A DNA stretch of 64,000 nucleotides from an uncultured bacterium (GCA_964371055.1 CAYJLF010000004.1:74389-138388); one strand, 5' to 3'. Numbered from the stretch's first letter, positions 39,704-51,754 are shown. Made by a program: numbers and translations. The notes: generated by a model not told the origin, from the letters alone.

Positions 39704-40489
39704 CTATCCCTGCCAGCGCACGAGGTCGAGTCCCCGCAGCGCGGCGGCCGACAGGAGCAGGATCGCACCCAGGAAGAAGGCCACGTGACCGAGGTCGAGC
39801 GTGCCGCGGGCAAAGTCGGCATACCTCTCCATGACCGAGACGAACGCCACCACGGCGGCACCCGCGTCGCTGGAAGGACGCATCGCCGCCGGTCCGATGG
39901 CGACCGCCAGCAGAGTGCCGAGGCTGAGGACGGCAGCTTCGACCTGGGAGCGGCTGAGAGCCGAGAGGAGGATGCCGACGGCGCAGAACAGCGTGCCCAG
40001 CAGCAGAAGACCGAGCACCCCGGCCGCCGCCGCGCTCCAGTCGGGGGTGGTGACGATGGCCAGCACCACCGCGTGCGGAATCAGGATCGAGAGACAGACC
40101 AGGAGCGCAAGCCAGGCACCGGCGAGCTTTCCCGCGACCACCTCGAAACCCCGGACCGGCTGGCCGAGAAGGAGCTCGAGGGAACCGCTGCGCCGCTCCT
40201 CGGCGAAGCTGCGCATGGTGAGGAGCGGGACGAAGAAGGCCAGAATCGAGCCGAGGTTGAGCAGGAGGGGCTGGATGACCGCGTCGTTGACGTGGATGCC
40301 GACCTGGCCGCCCTGCAGGCGGCCCGACTGCGCGAGATTCAGCAACGCCTCGCGGTACTGAAACAGCAGGCTCACGAGGAGCATTCCCGCGACCAGCCAG
40401 AAGGTCCCGATCACCAGGTATCCGGCGGGGGAATCGAACAGCGCCCGCACCTCGCGCCGGGCGATCCGGCCGACCAGGGACACGCTCAT
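39704..40489 (-). CDS. GldF-like ABC-2 permease
   Basis: FDSPAGY, PLLTMRSFAEERRSGSLELL. Confidence 0.9.
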   Translation of the reverse strand: MSVSLVGRIARREVRALFDSPAGYLVIGTFWLVAGMLLVSLLFQYREALLNLAQSGRLQGGQVGIHVNDAVIQPLLLNLGSILAFFVPLLTMRSFAEERRSGSLELLLGQPVRGFEVVAGKLAGAWLALLVCLSILIPHAVVLAIVTTPDWSAAAAGVLGLLLLGTLFCAVGILLSALSRSQVEAAVLSLGTLLAVAIGPAAMRPSSDAGAAVVAFVSVMERYADFARGTLDLGHVAFFLGAILLLSAAALRGLDLVRWQG

Positions 40490-41469
40490 CGCTCGTCCTC
40501 CTGCAGGGTCAGGCGGCGGAAGATCGCCTCGAGCCCGGCCGACCCCGTACCCCACTCGAGCAGCTCCCACTCGCGTGCGAGGGAAAGCTCGAGCAGGGCT
40601 CTCGCCTCGGCCCTCGGCAGGCCTCGCCGCAACTCATAGACGCGATGCGGTGAGCTCGCGGTCTCCTGCTCCACGAGTCCGAACCGGGCCGCCTCCTCGC
40701 CGGAAGGTGGATCGGGGCAGCGCAATCGTGCCCACTGTACCGCGACGTTCGTGCCGGCCAGTTCTCCGGGATGTCCCTCGCCCACCGTGCGGCCGCGGCT
40801 CATGATCAGCACCCGGTCGCAGACCTCAAGCGCCTCGGACAGGATGTGCGTGGAGAGGAGGACCGCGCGGGAACGCCCGAGCTCGCGCAGGAGCGCGCGA
40901 AAATCGTGGATCTGGTTCGGATCGAGTCCCGAGGTCGGCTCGTCGAGGATGAGAATGTCCGGGTTTCCCAACAGGGCCTGCGCGAGTCCGACGCGCTGCC
41001 GGTAACCCCGGGAGAGATTGCCGCAGGGGCGGTGACGGACCGCGTCGAGATCCAACTGCGCGATGACCCGCTCCACCTCGTGTCCGGGATCAGGGACCTG
41101 CTTGAGTCCGGCGAAGAAGGCCAGATAGCGCCGGACGGGCATCTCCGCATAGAGGGGAACCGATTCGGGGAGGTACCCGAGCCGCTGCCGCGCCTCCCGC
41201 CCTTCGGCCAGAACGTCGTGCCCGTGCAGGCGGATCGAGCCGGCGTCGGGATACTGGAAGCCGATCAGCATCCGGAGGGCCGTCGACTTGCCGGCTCCGT
41301 TCGGCCCGAGCAGCCCGAGGACCTCACCGCGTCGGACCACGAAGGAGAGATCAGCCACCGCAGGAACCGGGCCATAGGCCTTGCAGAGCCCCGCCGCCTC
41401 CACCAGCAGATCGGCCGCGTCGGCGGGGTTCGGGGCGCCGGTGCCAGGCGCATCGGTGGCGGTTGGCAT
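40486..41469 (-). CDS. GldA-like ABC transporter ATP-binding protein
   Basis: GPNGAGKST, LSRGYRQR, ILDEPTSGLDP, STH. Confidence 0.93.
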   Translation of the reverse strand: MPTATDAPGTGAPNPADAADLLVEAAGLCKAYGPVPAVADLSFVVRRGEVLGLLGPNGAGKSTALRMLIGFQYPDAGSIRLHGHDVLAEGREARQRLGYLPESVPLYAEMPVRRYLAFFAGLKQVPDPGHEVERVIAQLDLDAVRHRPCGNLSRGYRQRVGLAQALLGNPDILILDEPTSGLDPNQIHDFRALLRELGRSRAVLLSTHILSEALEVCDRVLIMSRGRTVGEGHPGELAGTNVAVQWARLRCPDPPSGEEAARFGLVEQETASSPHRVYELRRGLPRAEARALLELSLAREWELLEWGTGSAGLEAIFRRLTLQEDER

Positions 41470-41599
41470 GCTTGTCCGATCCTCCCCGTATCCGGTACGC
41501 TTCCACCATGGACCGCTCAAGAAACGGCGGCCCCCGGCCGATGACAAAGGAAGCCCGCTGTCCTTCGCGGCAGTCTAACGAAGAGGAAGCCCACCGGCA

Positions 41600-42973
41600 A
41601 TGCGACACGACCTGCGGCGGCGTCCGACGACAGCCGTTCCGGCCTGGCGAACTCTGATCCTCGTCGCGGGCTGCCTCAGCTTGTTCCTCCGGCCCGGTCC
41701 GGCGCATGCCCTGGGATCCGGCGAATTCCCCTGCCCCCCTGAGCTGCAGCCCCGGGTCGAGTTCTGGATCCGCATCTTCGCCGAGTTCTCCAAGGACCAG
41801 AGAGTCATCCACGACGGCCGCTACCCCTGGGTGATCTACGAGGTCCTCGACGTGACGGGACTGACCCAGCCGCAGATCAAAGCTCAGGTCGAGCGGAAGC
41901 GGAAGCACTACGCCGCGATCCTCGAGGGCATGGCCGGACGTCCCCCCGCCGCCTATGCGGCCGAAGAGAGGCGTCTGGCGCAGTTGCTGGAGGGGCTTCC
42001 GGAAGGCGCACGGTTCACGAACGCGGGTGGACGCGTGCGCAGCCAGCCCGGCATCCGGGAGCAGTTCCACGCCGGCCTGCAGCGGGCCGGCCGCTATCGA
42101 CATGCCATGGAGGAGATCCTGGCCGCGGCCGCCGTGCCGCCCGAACTCCTGCACCTCCCCCATGTGGAGTCTTCCTTCCACCCGCAAGCGATGTCCAAAG
42201 CCGGAGCGAGCGGGCTCTGGCAGTTCATGCCGGCGACCGGGCGGCGCTTCCTGCGGGTCCAGCCCGATCTCGACGAACGCCTCGACCCGATCCGATCGAC
42301 GGAGGCTGCCGCACGCTATCTCGCGGACGCCCGACAGACCCTGGGGAGCTGGCCGCTGGCCGTCGTCGCGTACAACCACGGAGTGGCGGGGGTGGCCCGC
42401 GCCCGTGGGAAGACGGGCGGCACCGACATCGCGCGCATCCTGCTCGAGTACGACGGCCCCAGCTTCGGGTTCGCCTCGCAGAACTTCTATTGCGAGTTCC
42501 TCGCCGCGATCGAAGTCGGAGAGCATCCCGAGAAGTACTTCGGCGGCGAGGTCGCGTGCGATCTGCCCTGGGTCTACCACGAGTTCGAGCTGCCGCACCA
42601 CGTGCGTTGGAACGCCCTCGCTCGCGGTTTCGGGATCGATTCCGAAGAACTGGCTGCGTTCAATCCCGCCGTCGGCGGCAGCTATCTTCGCGATGCCAGG
42701 CCGTTGCCCCGGGGTTATCGTTTGAGGCTCCCCTCGCTTCGATCGACGGACGCGCACGCCCTCTACGCGGCGCTCCCGGCGTCGGAGAAGCTCGATCGAG
42801 TCCCCGAGACGGATCGCTATCGAGTGCGCTCCGGCGACACCCTCGGCGCGATCGCCCGCCGCCATCGGGTCCGTCTTCCCGCCCTCCTTCGTGCCAACGG
42901 GCTCACCATGAACTCCAAGATCCGTCCGGGTCAGTTGCTGGTCCTGCCGGAGGGATCCTCCGGACGACTTTGA
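41600..42973 (+). CDS. Lytic murein transglycosylase (SLT) with LysM domain, MltD-like
   Basis: HVESSF, GLWQFMP, AYNHG, YRVRSGDTL. Confidence 0.92.
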   Translation: MRHDLRRRPTTAVPAWRTLILVAGCLSLFLRPGPAHALGSGEFPCPPELQPRVEFWIRIFAEFSKDQRVIHDGRYPWVIYEVLDVTGLTQPQIKAQVERKRKHYAAILEGMAGRPPAAYAAEERRLAQLLEGLPEGARFTNAGGRVRSQPGIREQFHAGLQRAGRYRHAMEEILAAAAVPPELLHLPHVESSFHPQAMSKAGASGLWQFMPATGRRFLRVQPDLDERLDPIRSTEAAARYLADARQTLGSWPLAVVAYNHGVAGVARARGKTGGTDIARILLEYDGPSFGFASQNFYCEFLAAIEVGEHPEKYFGGEVACDLPWVYHEFELPHHVRWNALARGFGIDSEELAAFNPAVGGSYLRDARPLPRGYRLRLPSLRSTDAHALYAALPASEKLDRVPETDRYRVRSGDTLGAIARRHRVRLPALLRANGLTMNSKIRPGQLLVLPEGSSGRL

Positions 42974-43159
42974 CCACGCTCCGGATCGCGGGGAGGCCCG
43001 CCGGACCGCCCTGAGGACGATTCCGATCCCGTTGCCTCGCGAGCCGCATCCTCTCCCCTTTTCTCTCAATCTGCCCCCCGGGGTGAACGATAACTCCAAA
43101 GCGGAGCGGCGCTACGCCGAGGCGTCCGCCGCCCGAGGCCCAAAGTTCACCCGGGGGAG

Positions 43160-43651
43160 ATGATGATCGCCCAACTCCTGAATCCGTTCATCGAAAGTGT
43201 GTACTCCCTGTGCTCCACCATGCTGAATTGCGATGTCGAGCGGGGTCAACCCGCCCTCGCCGGCTTCACGCCGGTGCATGGCGACATCACGGCCCTGATC
43301 GGATTGAGCGGCCCGACCCGGGGCACGGTCGCGCTGTCGTTCCCGCACCCCACGGCTCACGCCATGGTCGGGCGTCTCCTGCAGGTCGACGCGGAGGAGG
43401 CGAAGGACAGCGTCTCCGACGGGGTGGCCGAACTCGTCAACATCGTGGCCGGGCGGGCCAAGGCGAAGCTCAGCGAGGCCGGAGGGGAAGTGGTGAATCT
43501 CGGGCTGCCGACCGTCATCCGCGGCGGAAACGAGATCCTGGACTTCCCCCGCCAAAGCACCTGGCTTGACGTGCCCTTTCGCAGCGACCTCGGGCCCTTC
43601 AACCTGAGGGTCTCTTTCGAGCAGCATGCCAACAAGGGGGTCGAAGGATGA
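43160..43651 (+). CDS. cheX: CheX phosphatase
   Basis: NPFI, IGLSG, DGVAELVNIVAG (ExxN), LPTVI. Confidence 0.9.
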   Translation: MMIAQLLNPFIESVYSLCSTMLNCDVERGQPALAGFTPVHGDITALIGLSGPTRGTVALSFPHPTAHAMVGRLLQVDAEEAKDSVSDGVAELVNIVAGRAKAKLSEAGGEVVNLGLPTVIRGGNEILDFPRQSTWLDVPFRSDLGPFNLRVSFEQHANKGVEG

Positions 43652-44013
43652 AGGCTCTGGTCGTGGATGATTCCGCTGTCATGCGGAAGGTCATGGTGGG
43701 CGCCCTGGCGCGCGCGGGGATCGAAGATGTGGCGCAGGCGGCTGACGGCAAGGAGGCGGTCGACGCCGTCATGGCGCAGGAGTTCCACCTCGTCCTCCTC
43801 GATTGGAACATGCCGAACATGCTCGGCATCGATGCCCTGCGTGCGATCCGGGCCGCGGGACGCTCGGTCCCGGTGATCATGGTCACGACCGAGGCGGAGA
43901 AGACGCGAGTGGTCGAGGCGCTGAAGGCCGGAGCCAACAACTACGTGATCAAGCCGTTCGAGCCGGCCGCGATCGTGACGAAGATCCAGGAAACGCTGGC
44001 CAAGGCGGCCTGA
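43648..44013 (+). CDS. cheY: Single-domain response regulator, CheY-like
   Basis: LVVDDS, LDWNMP, MVTTE, YVIKPF. Confidence 0.88.
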   Translation: MKALVVDDSAVMRKVMVGALARAGIEDVAQAADGKEAVDAVMAQEFHLVLLDWNMPNMLGIDALRAIRAAGRSVPVIMVTTEAEKTRVVEALKAGANNYVIKPFEPAAIVTKIQETLAKAA

Positions 44014-44157
44014 CGGCCCGCGCCGCCAAGGGCGAGTCCGGCCCCCGGGCTTTTCTGACCCGGCCGGACCGCCGGCCCCGGCCGTCCCGGGACCTGCAGC
44101 CTCCCGCCTTCGGGAGGCTCTCTCTTCGATCACGCCCCCTGGCCCGTCCGCGCGTGA

Positions 44158-45684
<1,527 letters not shown>

Positions 45685-45688
45685 GACA

Positions 45689-47313
45689 GTTGTGGCACGA
45701 ATTCCGGTGTTGTCCTGAGCTGACGGGACAGCTCCTGGGCCTCCCTCGAGGCGCTGGGTCGTGCCGAGGCACGCAGGTTGATGGGATATCGCCGCGCGCT
45801 GGCTTCAGCCGGCGATGGGCGATGCCGATCGACGTCTGCGTTGCGGATCGGGAACGTGCGCTGACGTGCGCGCCGCCCTTCTCTCAGAACGCGAACCGCC
45901 GATCGTGCGTCGTCTGCCGGTCCCCCAGGGCGAGCGTGCGGACCCTTCGCCAGTAGTATTTCCACCAGACGCCGGGAAGCAGGTGGCGCCGGGGAAAGTA
46001 CCGCTCGCGAAACAGATCGTCCCAGTGGAGGCGCCGATCGAGGATCCCGGCGCGCATGGCGGCGGTCTCCCCCGGTTTCTTCTCCCGCCGTGACTTGATG
46101 TAGTTGCGCCAGACGGTGAAGAGGGCGAGGCGCTCGATCATGGCCTGGCGCCTCTTGCTGAAGGCGATGGTCTCTCGGCGGTGATTGGCTCCGTGGTGGC
46201 GGAGGAGCAGATCGGCGAGGTTGACGGGGAAGAGGGGGTTGGCTCGAGAGCGCGGGTCGGTGGAGGGGGTGACGAGGCGGTGGAGGCGGAGGTGGGGGTA
46301 CTCACGGTGCAGTCGAGAGAAGGAACGTCCGTAGGCCGGGTGATCGTCGCTGTGGAACCAGGCATCGAACCGAGAACGCCGGGCGAGCCGGGCCTCGGCG
46401 GCTCCGGGGCCTGGGCCTGCGCCCTTCTCTCCTGGATCCTCTGCCCGCCCCCACGGCATCTGCCGCCCGACCGTCCGCAGGAGTTCGAGGATCCCCTCCT
46501 CCACCGCCTTCGGATCCGGCCTTCCCAGGGTGGCTTCCAACTCTGCGCGCCGGATCTTCTGCGCCGGCGTCATCGTTCCCTTGCGGCGCAACGGGCTGTC
46601 GGTGAAGTGGTAGAGGAACCAACTCTGGTGACCCGCCGCGAGGTTGAGGTGGCAGGGGAAGAACTGGGAGTACTCGAAGGTCTCGAAGCCGTCGAAGGCG
46701 ATCGGCTCGGTGATGACCTTTCCCTCCAGGATCTGGCGGTGGAAGAGCAGACAGTGTCTTCCGGCGCGGGCGAGGTGTCGGGCGACGGTGGGATGGGAGG
46801 TGCCAAGTTCCCGGGCGATCTGTCGGAGTCCCGCGCCGGCGATGGAGAGAGAAGCGATGCGCGGGAAGAGGTCGGGGCGGTGGAGCCAGTAGGTGGTCTG
46901 GAAGGTTCGGGTGGAGAACCGGCGTTGGCAGTGGCGGCAGCGGAAGCGCTGGATCCGCCGTCCTTCGGAGGCGTTCCACTCCTGGCCGTCGCGGACATAC
47001 TTCCAGGACGGGTCAGGGTGATAGAAAGCGCAGTCTCGGTTCGGGCAGTGAGGTGGGAGGAAGAGACGCGGGCGTCCGCCCGAGCGGCGGGCTGGAGTGG
47101 AGCGACGCGAACGGATGGAGCGTTGGGCCTCGGTCTGGGGCTCCGGGGGAGGTGCGGCCACCGGGCCAGGGTTGTGTCGGCGAGGCGTCATACCCCGCAA
47201 GGGAGCGAGAACCGGGCCGGAGGCGCATGAAGATCGTGCTACGGTTACGACACACGCAACCGCAACGGGAACCGGGAGTTGTCGCCGGGAGTCCCCAGGA
47301 TGCGTGCCACAAC
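45689..47313 (-). mobile_element. IS1-like insertion sequence, 1625 bp
   Basis: Terminal inverted repeats GTTGTGGCACGAATTCCGG / GTTGTGGCACGCATCCTGG (16/19 match) enclosing a transposase ORF. Confidence 0.8.
45884..47200 (-). CDS. IS1-like transposase (Zn ribbon, HTH, RNase H-like core)
   Basis: CPNRDC...RFRCRHC, LRQIARELG HTH, FDGFETF, SDDHPAY, TAAMRAG. Confidence 0.85.
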   Translation of the reverse strand: MRGMTPRRHNPGPVAAPPPEPQTEAQRSIRSRRSTPARRSGGRPRLFLPPHCPNRDCAFYHPDPSWKYVRDGQEWNASEGRRIQRFRCRHCQRRFSTRTFQTTYWLHRPDLFPRIASLSIAGAGLRQIARELGTSHPTVARHLARAGRHCLLFHRQILEGKVITEPIAFDGFETFEYSQFFPCHLNLAAGHQSWFLYHFTDSPLRRKGTMTPAQKIRRAELEATLGRPDPKAVEEGILELLRTVGRQMPWGRAEDPGEKGAGPGPGAAEARLARRSRFDAWFHSDDHPAYGRSFSRLHREYPHLRLHRLVTPSTDPRSRANPLFPVNLADLLLRHHGANHRRETIAFSKRRQAMIERLALFTVWRNYIKSRREKKPGETAAMRAGILDRRLHWDDLFRERYFPRRHLLPGVWWKYYWRRVRTLALGDRQTTHDRRFAF

Positions 47314-49479
47314 CTACCGGTCCGCGATCCAGGCACGATGGAGACCACGATTGCCTGCGGCGTCCTGCGCCCGGATGACGATCCAGGATCCGACCTCTTC
47401 CGGCCGCAGCGCGACCTGACCGCGAAAACGCTCCGCCCGCGTGTCGAGAAGCCCGTCCTCGGGCAGAAGGCGCTGGAACGCCCCGCCGTCGACCGACGCA
47501 TCAACGCGCCGTACGGGGGAAATCGCATCGGTGGCGAGCCCGCTGACCTCGATGAGACGATCGGGCAGGAGGCGGACCTCGATGTCGGACAGAACGGGAG
47601 GAACGCTGTCGACGCGGAACGATGGGGTCAGCCGGCTGTCGGTCAGCGCCTCCTTCACTCCATTCGACGGCGCGTCGGAGACCGTCACCCGGATCTCGTA
47701 CTCGCCGTCCGGCAGTAGTCCCTCGTCCAGCGTCCAGGCGCGGTCCCGCAGATCCCGGGCCAGACGCCGGAAGGCCGTCTCCCCCGCCTCGCGAATTTCC
47801 AGGGTGGTCATGAGCTCGTCTCCGTCCGCGTCGCTGGCGTCCCACACCAGCGACCGGAGGCGGCGCACCCAGCCGGGGACATCCTCGGCCGTCGCCTTCA
47901 CGACACCCGGCGGCGGCAGGTTGTAGTCGATTTCGATGCCGGAGGCGAGGACCTGCGTCAGCCCCCCGCGCGCGGGGTCTCCCCCGAGAAAGGTCGGCTC
48001 GTCCGGGGAGAGCCGGATCTGGCTGAGGACAGGGGGAGTGTTGATCATCGCGGCCGCGATCTCGACCCGGCGCAGCGACCGCGGTTCGCCGCCGGAACTC
48101 TGGAAGGACGCACGCCACTGCAGGCACCGGCCCGGCGGGCTCGAGACCTTCGAGGCGTCACCGTCGCGCTCCGCCGTGGTCCACTCCGACCACGACTCAT
48201 CGGGCTCCGAGGTATACCCGCTCCTCGTCTCGAAGCGCACCCCGTCGAGCGGGAGAGATCCGGTCCAGCGCAGCGCTCCCCAGACCGCCTGATCGCCGGC
48301 ATCGATCACGCGTCCGGTGATCGAGCCCTCTTCGGCCGGTTCCGCCGTCAGTCGGTAGATCCTCCCCGGGTTCCCGGTTCCGGCCCAGATGGCGGATCCC
48401 TGCACCGCGAGTGAGAGAACCTGTTCCTCCTCCGCGCGCCAGACCAGCGAGGCGCGCCCGGCCCGGTCGACCCGGTAGACACCCGCCGCGCCGCTGGTCG
48501 CCACCAGCACCGAACCGTCGGGCTCGATCGCCAGCGCGTGGATCATCTTCTCGGGACAGGTCCAGATCCGGCGCACCTGGCCTCGTGCCTCGAGTCGGTA
48601 GACCGCCGGTTGGGCCGAGGGAGCGACGCCGGACCGAGGATCACGGCCGCCAGGTGCAGCGACATCCGCGCCGGGGCCACTCGAGGCCGCAGGCCCGGGA
48701 TTGGCGGCGAAGACGAGTCCGTCGTTCTCGTTCGCGACCAGGGCGACGATCTCCTCCTCGGCCGCGTCGTACCAGATCCTCGCGCTCTTCCGATCGGGGT
48801 CGATCTCGAGCACCAGCCCGCGTCCGTCCGTGCCCGCCCAGACCCGCCCGGCGGACGAGCCGGCGAGGCAGCGCAACGACAGGTCGGGCGCCTCATAGAC
48901 CACCTCCCCTTCCCCGTCCGCGTTGATCCGATAGAGACGACCGCGGTCACCGGTCGCGGCGAGGATCGTGCCGTCATCGCGCGCCAGGAGCGCCAGCACG
49001 ACCGGCTCGGGAAGGTCGAACAGCGTGGTGGCGCTCGCTCCGGACTCGAGGCGCATGACGGTGCCGACCGGGGCGCCGGCCGCGTGCACGAGACCACGAC
49101 GGTCGACGCAGGCGGCGAAGACCTCCGCGTCGAACAGTTCGCCGAGGCGTTCGGGCTCCTCGTTCTGGCCGGGTCCCTGGCGAAGCACGAGGCCGCCATC
49201 GCCGGTGGCCGCGATGACGCCGCCGCGGCCGTCGGGCACGAGGGTCCAGATCGTCCGCGCGCCGGGATCGGGCGCCGCGATCGGCTTCGGCCCCGGAAAC
49301 GCGAGTCCCTCGCTCGTCACGGTCACCCCGGAGAGCTTCCCCCGGGAGAACTCGTCGTATCCCTCCGCCACAAAGAGACGCGTGCGGGCGGCCCCGGCGT
49401 CCGCCGCGACGAGACAGAGCCAGGCGGCGGCCAAAGCGGCCGGCGCCGATCGAAGCGCGTGGTGCCTGCGTGCGGTCAA
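47314..49479 (-). CDS. Exported beta-propeller protein with C-terminal Ig-like domains
   Basis: Signal peptide, repeated ATG..G..YR blades; inferred TTG start overlaps the S55 gene stop. Confidence 0.75.
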   Translation of the reverse strand: MTARRHHALRSAPAALAAAWLCLVAADAGAARTRLFVAEGYDEFSRGKLSGVTVTSEGLAFPGPKPIAAPDPGARTIWTLVPDGRGGVIAATGDGGLVLRQGPGQNEEPERLGELFDAEVFAACVDRRGLVHAAGAPVGTVMRLESGASATTLFDLPEPVVLALLARDDGTILAATGDRGRLYRINADGEGEVVYEAPDLSLRCLAGSSAGRVWAGTDGRGLVLEIDPDRKSARIWYDAAEEEIVALVANENDGLVFAANPGPAASSGPGADVAAPGGRDPRSGVAPSAQPAVYRLEARGQVRRIWTCPEKMIHALAIEPDGSVLVATSGAAGVYRVDRAGRASLVWRAEEEQVLSLAVQGSAIWAGTGNPGRIYRLTAEPAEEGSITGRVIDAGDQAVWGALRWTGSLPLDGVRFETRSGYTSEPDESWSEWTTAERDGDASKVSSPPGRCLQWRASFQSSGGEPRSLRRVEIAAAMINTPPVLSQIRLSPDEPTFLGGDPARGGLTQVLASGIEIDYNLPPPGVVKATAEDVPGWVRRLRSLVWDASDADGDELMTTLEIREAGETAFRRLARDLRDRAWTLDEGLLPDGEYEIRVTVSDAPSNGVKEALTDSRLTPSFRVDSVPPVLSDIEVRLLPDRLIEVSGLATDAISPVRRVDASVDGGAFQRLLPEDGLLDTRAERFRGQVALRPEEVGSWIVIRAQDAAGNRGLHRAWIADR

Positions 49480-51500
49480 GGGATCACCTCCAGTTCCATC
49501 CATTCCGCCCCGCTCAAGATCCAATCGGTCGCCTGGGAGTGCTCTTCGAGGAGACTTCCCGCGGCGCTGCGAATCATGGCGCGCGCCCCCGTGCTGGTGC
49601 CGGCCGCCGCGAGCGACGGCGGCAGGGAGGAGATCTCCCGGCCGTCGATCACGGCTCCCGCCTCCCGCGACATCACGCGCAACAGCAGCACCTCGCTCCC
49701 GGGGAGGGTCTCGACGAGGGAGACGAGCTGCGCGAGCGAACGCGGAGTGAACCGGCCCGGAGTCCGTTCGCGATCCATCTCCATGACCTCGGCCGCCGAG
49801 GCGGCGAGCAGGCGGATCCGCCGGCCGGCCCACTCGGGCCGGGCGCGGACCTGGAAGACGACGCTCTCGGGATCGGCGCGCCAGGTCTCGAGTCGGGCGG
49901 TGCACCGGATGCTTTCGCCCACGCGCACGCGCGCCCGGTCGGCGCGCAACCCGGTGACGTACGCCTGCGGCTGGCGGCGCTCGGCATCGATTTCGACCGA
50001 CAACGAGTCGAGGCGGGCCCGTTCGAACGGATTGACGAGCAGGAGCGCGGCGGGCAGCGTGGCGGCTCCGGAGAGCCCCAGGGCCGGCACGTCGGTCCGG
50101 ATCATCTCCTCGCGCCGGACGACGCGGCCGCCGTTGTAGTCGACGCGCACCCGGCAGCGGGCCGCGATCTCGCCGGTGTTCCACCCGGTGTGCAGCCAGG
50201 AGTTCGCGATCGTCCAGGGGAGCAGGAAGGCCGTCATCATCCGGTCGCGCGCCACCTGATAGCGATAGACCAGCGGTTCGTCCGCCAGGCCCCGCAGCAC
50301 GACCCGGACGGGAATCATCTCCGGCACTGGTCCGAGCGTGCCGTAGACGCCCGCGCGCCGGTCCTGCCAGATCCCGCCGATCGGCGCGGTGACGCTCCCC
50401 AGCTTGAAGGAGACCTCGACGCTCGGCATCACGGTCAGGATTCTCGCTCGCCAGAGCGGCAGCCCGACCGGCCCGCCGTTCAGCATCGGATGACCGAAGG
50501 CGAAGACGCGATCGCCGTCGACCATGGTCACGGTGCCGATCGCGGCCATCGAGGCGTCGCCCGTGACGAGGCTGATGCCGACTGCGGAACCGGGCTGGAG
50601 CGTGCCGTGGTCGGCATCGCCGCGGCCAGCCTCGCCCGACGCCTCCGTCTCGGCGGAGATCCCGGCGCCGGCCGGCGCGGGGCCGATGCCGGGTTCCAGG
50701 CCGAGTTCGACGAGGGACCCCGACAGTGCCGATAGCACGGGGAGGGCCCAACCGGTCATCGCAACCGGGAGGGTCAGGGGTCGCAGCGAGGCTCCGGCCC
50801 GGTCGCGCTTCGGCTCGACCAGGGGAAGCGGAGACCGATCGGGGATGGTGGCGGGAGAATCCGCGAGTCGATCGAGAAAGCTCGACCATAGGGCCGCGAA
50901 ACGTTCCGGGGCATCGGTCGTGCCGTCCGGCTGACCACCCGTTCCCGCCTGACCGGTGATGGTGCCTGGCCGTCCTGTGGGACGCGCATCCGGTCGAAGG
51001 CTGAGCGGCCCCGCCTCCTGACCGATCGCCTCTTCCGCGGGCAAGTCCGCGTGGAGACCCAGGTCGAGCATCTCCTCGATCGGCGTGATCGCCCCGATCG
51101 GCTCTTTCACCATCGGGTAGGCGAAGGCGACCGCTCCGATCAACCGGCCATCGACGTAGACGGGGCTCCCGCTCATCCCGGCAATGATCCCGGTCCGCCG
51201 GAGTTCCGCCCCCTCGCCCCGGAAGAGGATCAGGCTCCCCTGCGGACGCGATTGGGGCAATACCCCGACGATCTCGACCCCGAACTCCTCGATGGTCTCA
51301 CCGGAGAAGACCGTCCGGCCAACTCCCTTCATGCCGGCGCGGACTTCCGCCAATGGGAGGATCTCGACCGACGCCGAGGCGGTCGACGCGAGGACCCAGA
51401 GGATCCCGACGGCGAGGCTGGACACGACCGAAGCGCCGCGCCGGTCCCGGCGGTCGAGGTCCCCCTCCCGCCTTCGCCGGTTCGATGATCTCTTCAGCAT
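49476..51500 (-). CDS. SpoIVB peptidase S55 domain protein
   Basis: GMKGVGRTVFSG, IAGMSGSPV, IGAVA, AFGHPM. Confidence 0.9.
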   Translation of the reverse strand: MLKRSSNRRRREGDLDRRDRRGASVVSSLAVGILWVLASTASASVEILPLAEVRAGMKGVGRTVFSGETIEEFGVEIVGVLPQSRPQGSLILFRGEGAELRRTGIIAGMSGSPVYVDGRLIGAVAFAYPMVKEPIGAITPIEEMLDLGLHADLPAEEAIGQEAGPLSLRPDARPTGRPGTITGQAGTGGQPDGTTDAPERFAALWSSFLDRLADSPATIPDRSPLPLVEPKRDRAGASLRPLTLPVAMTGWALPVLSALSGSLVELGLEPGIGPAPAGAGISAETEASGEAGRGDADHGTLQPGSAVGISLVTGDASMAAIGTVTMVDGDRVFAFGHPMLNGGPVGLPLWRARILTVMPSVEVSFKLGSVTAPIGGIWQDRRAGVYGTLGPVPEMIPVRVVLRGLADEPLVYRYQVARDRMMTAFLLPWTIANSWLHTGWNTGEIAARCRVRVDYNGGRVVRREEMIRTDVPALGLSGAATLPAALLLVNPFERARLDSLSVEIDAERRQPQAYVTGLRADRARVRVGESIRCTARLETWRADPESVVFQVRARPEWAGRRIRLLAASAAEVMEMDRERTPGRFTPRSLAQLVSLVETLPGSEVLLLRVMSREAGAVIDGREISSLPPSLAAAGTSTGARAMIRSAAGSLLEEHSQATDWILSGAEWMELEVIP

Positions 51501-51754
51501 GAGCCCGCCTCTTTCTCTCCCTGGAGGTTGCGGTCGGCCCGGAAAGCGGCGGTCGGCGCGGACGGATCCTTCCGTGCGCCGCGGGCGGGACCTTTCGGCC
51601 CCGCGGCCGGCGCGATCACGCGCGTTGCCACGCCCCCGCGGTCCTCCTAGAATGCCGCGTCGGCGCGCCGGGATCACGCCCGCGCGTCGCCCGGTTTCCT
51701 CCGTTCCGACGATCGGCACGGACCGGAGTCCGGGGGAGCATACCCGAGGGGACC

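Noticed and set aside
45689-45707. TGGCACG as a sigma54 promoter
   Set aside because: No -12 TGC at the right spacing; better explained as the IS inverted repeat.
47314-50889. 1191-aa ORF as one protein
   Set aside because: The first ~470 codons overlap the S55 gene in another frame and read as Arg/Pro/Gly noise; a signal peptide begins near 49479.
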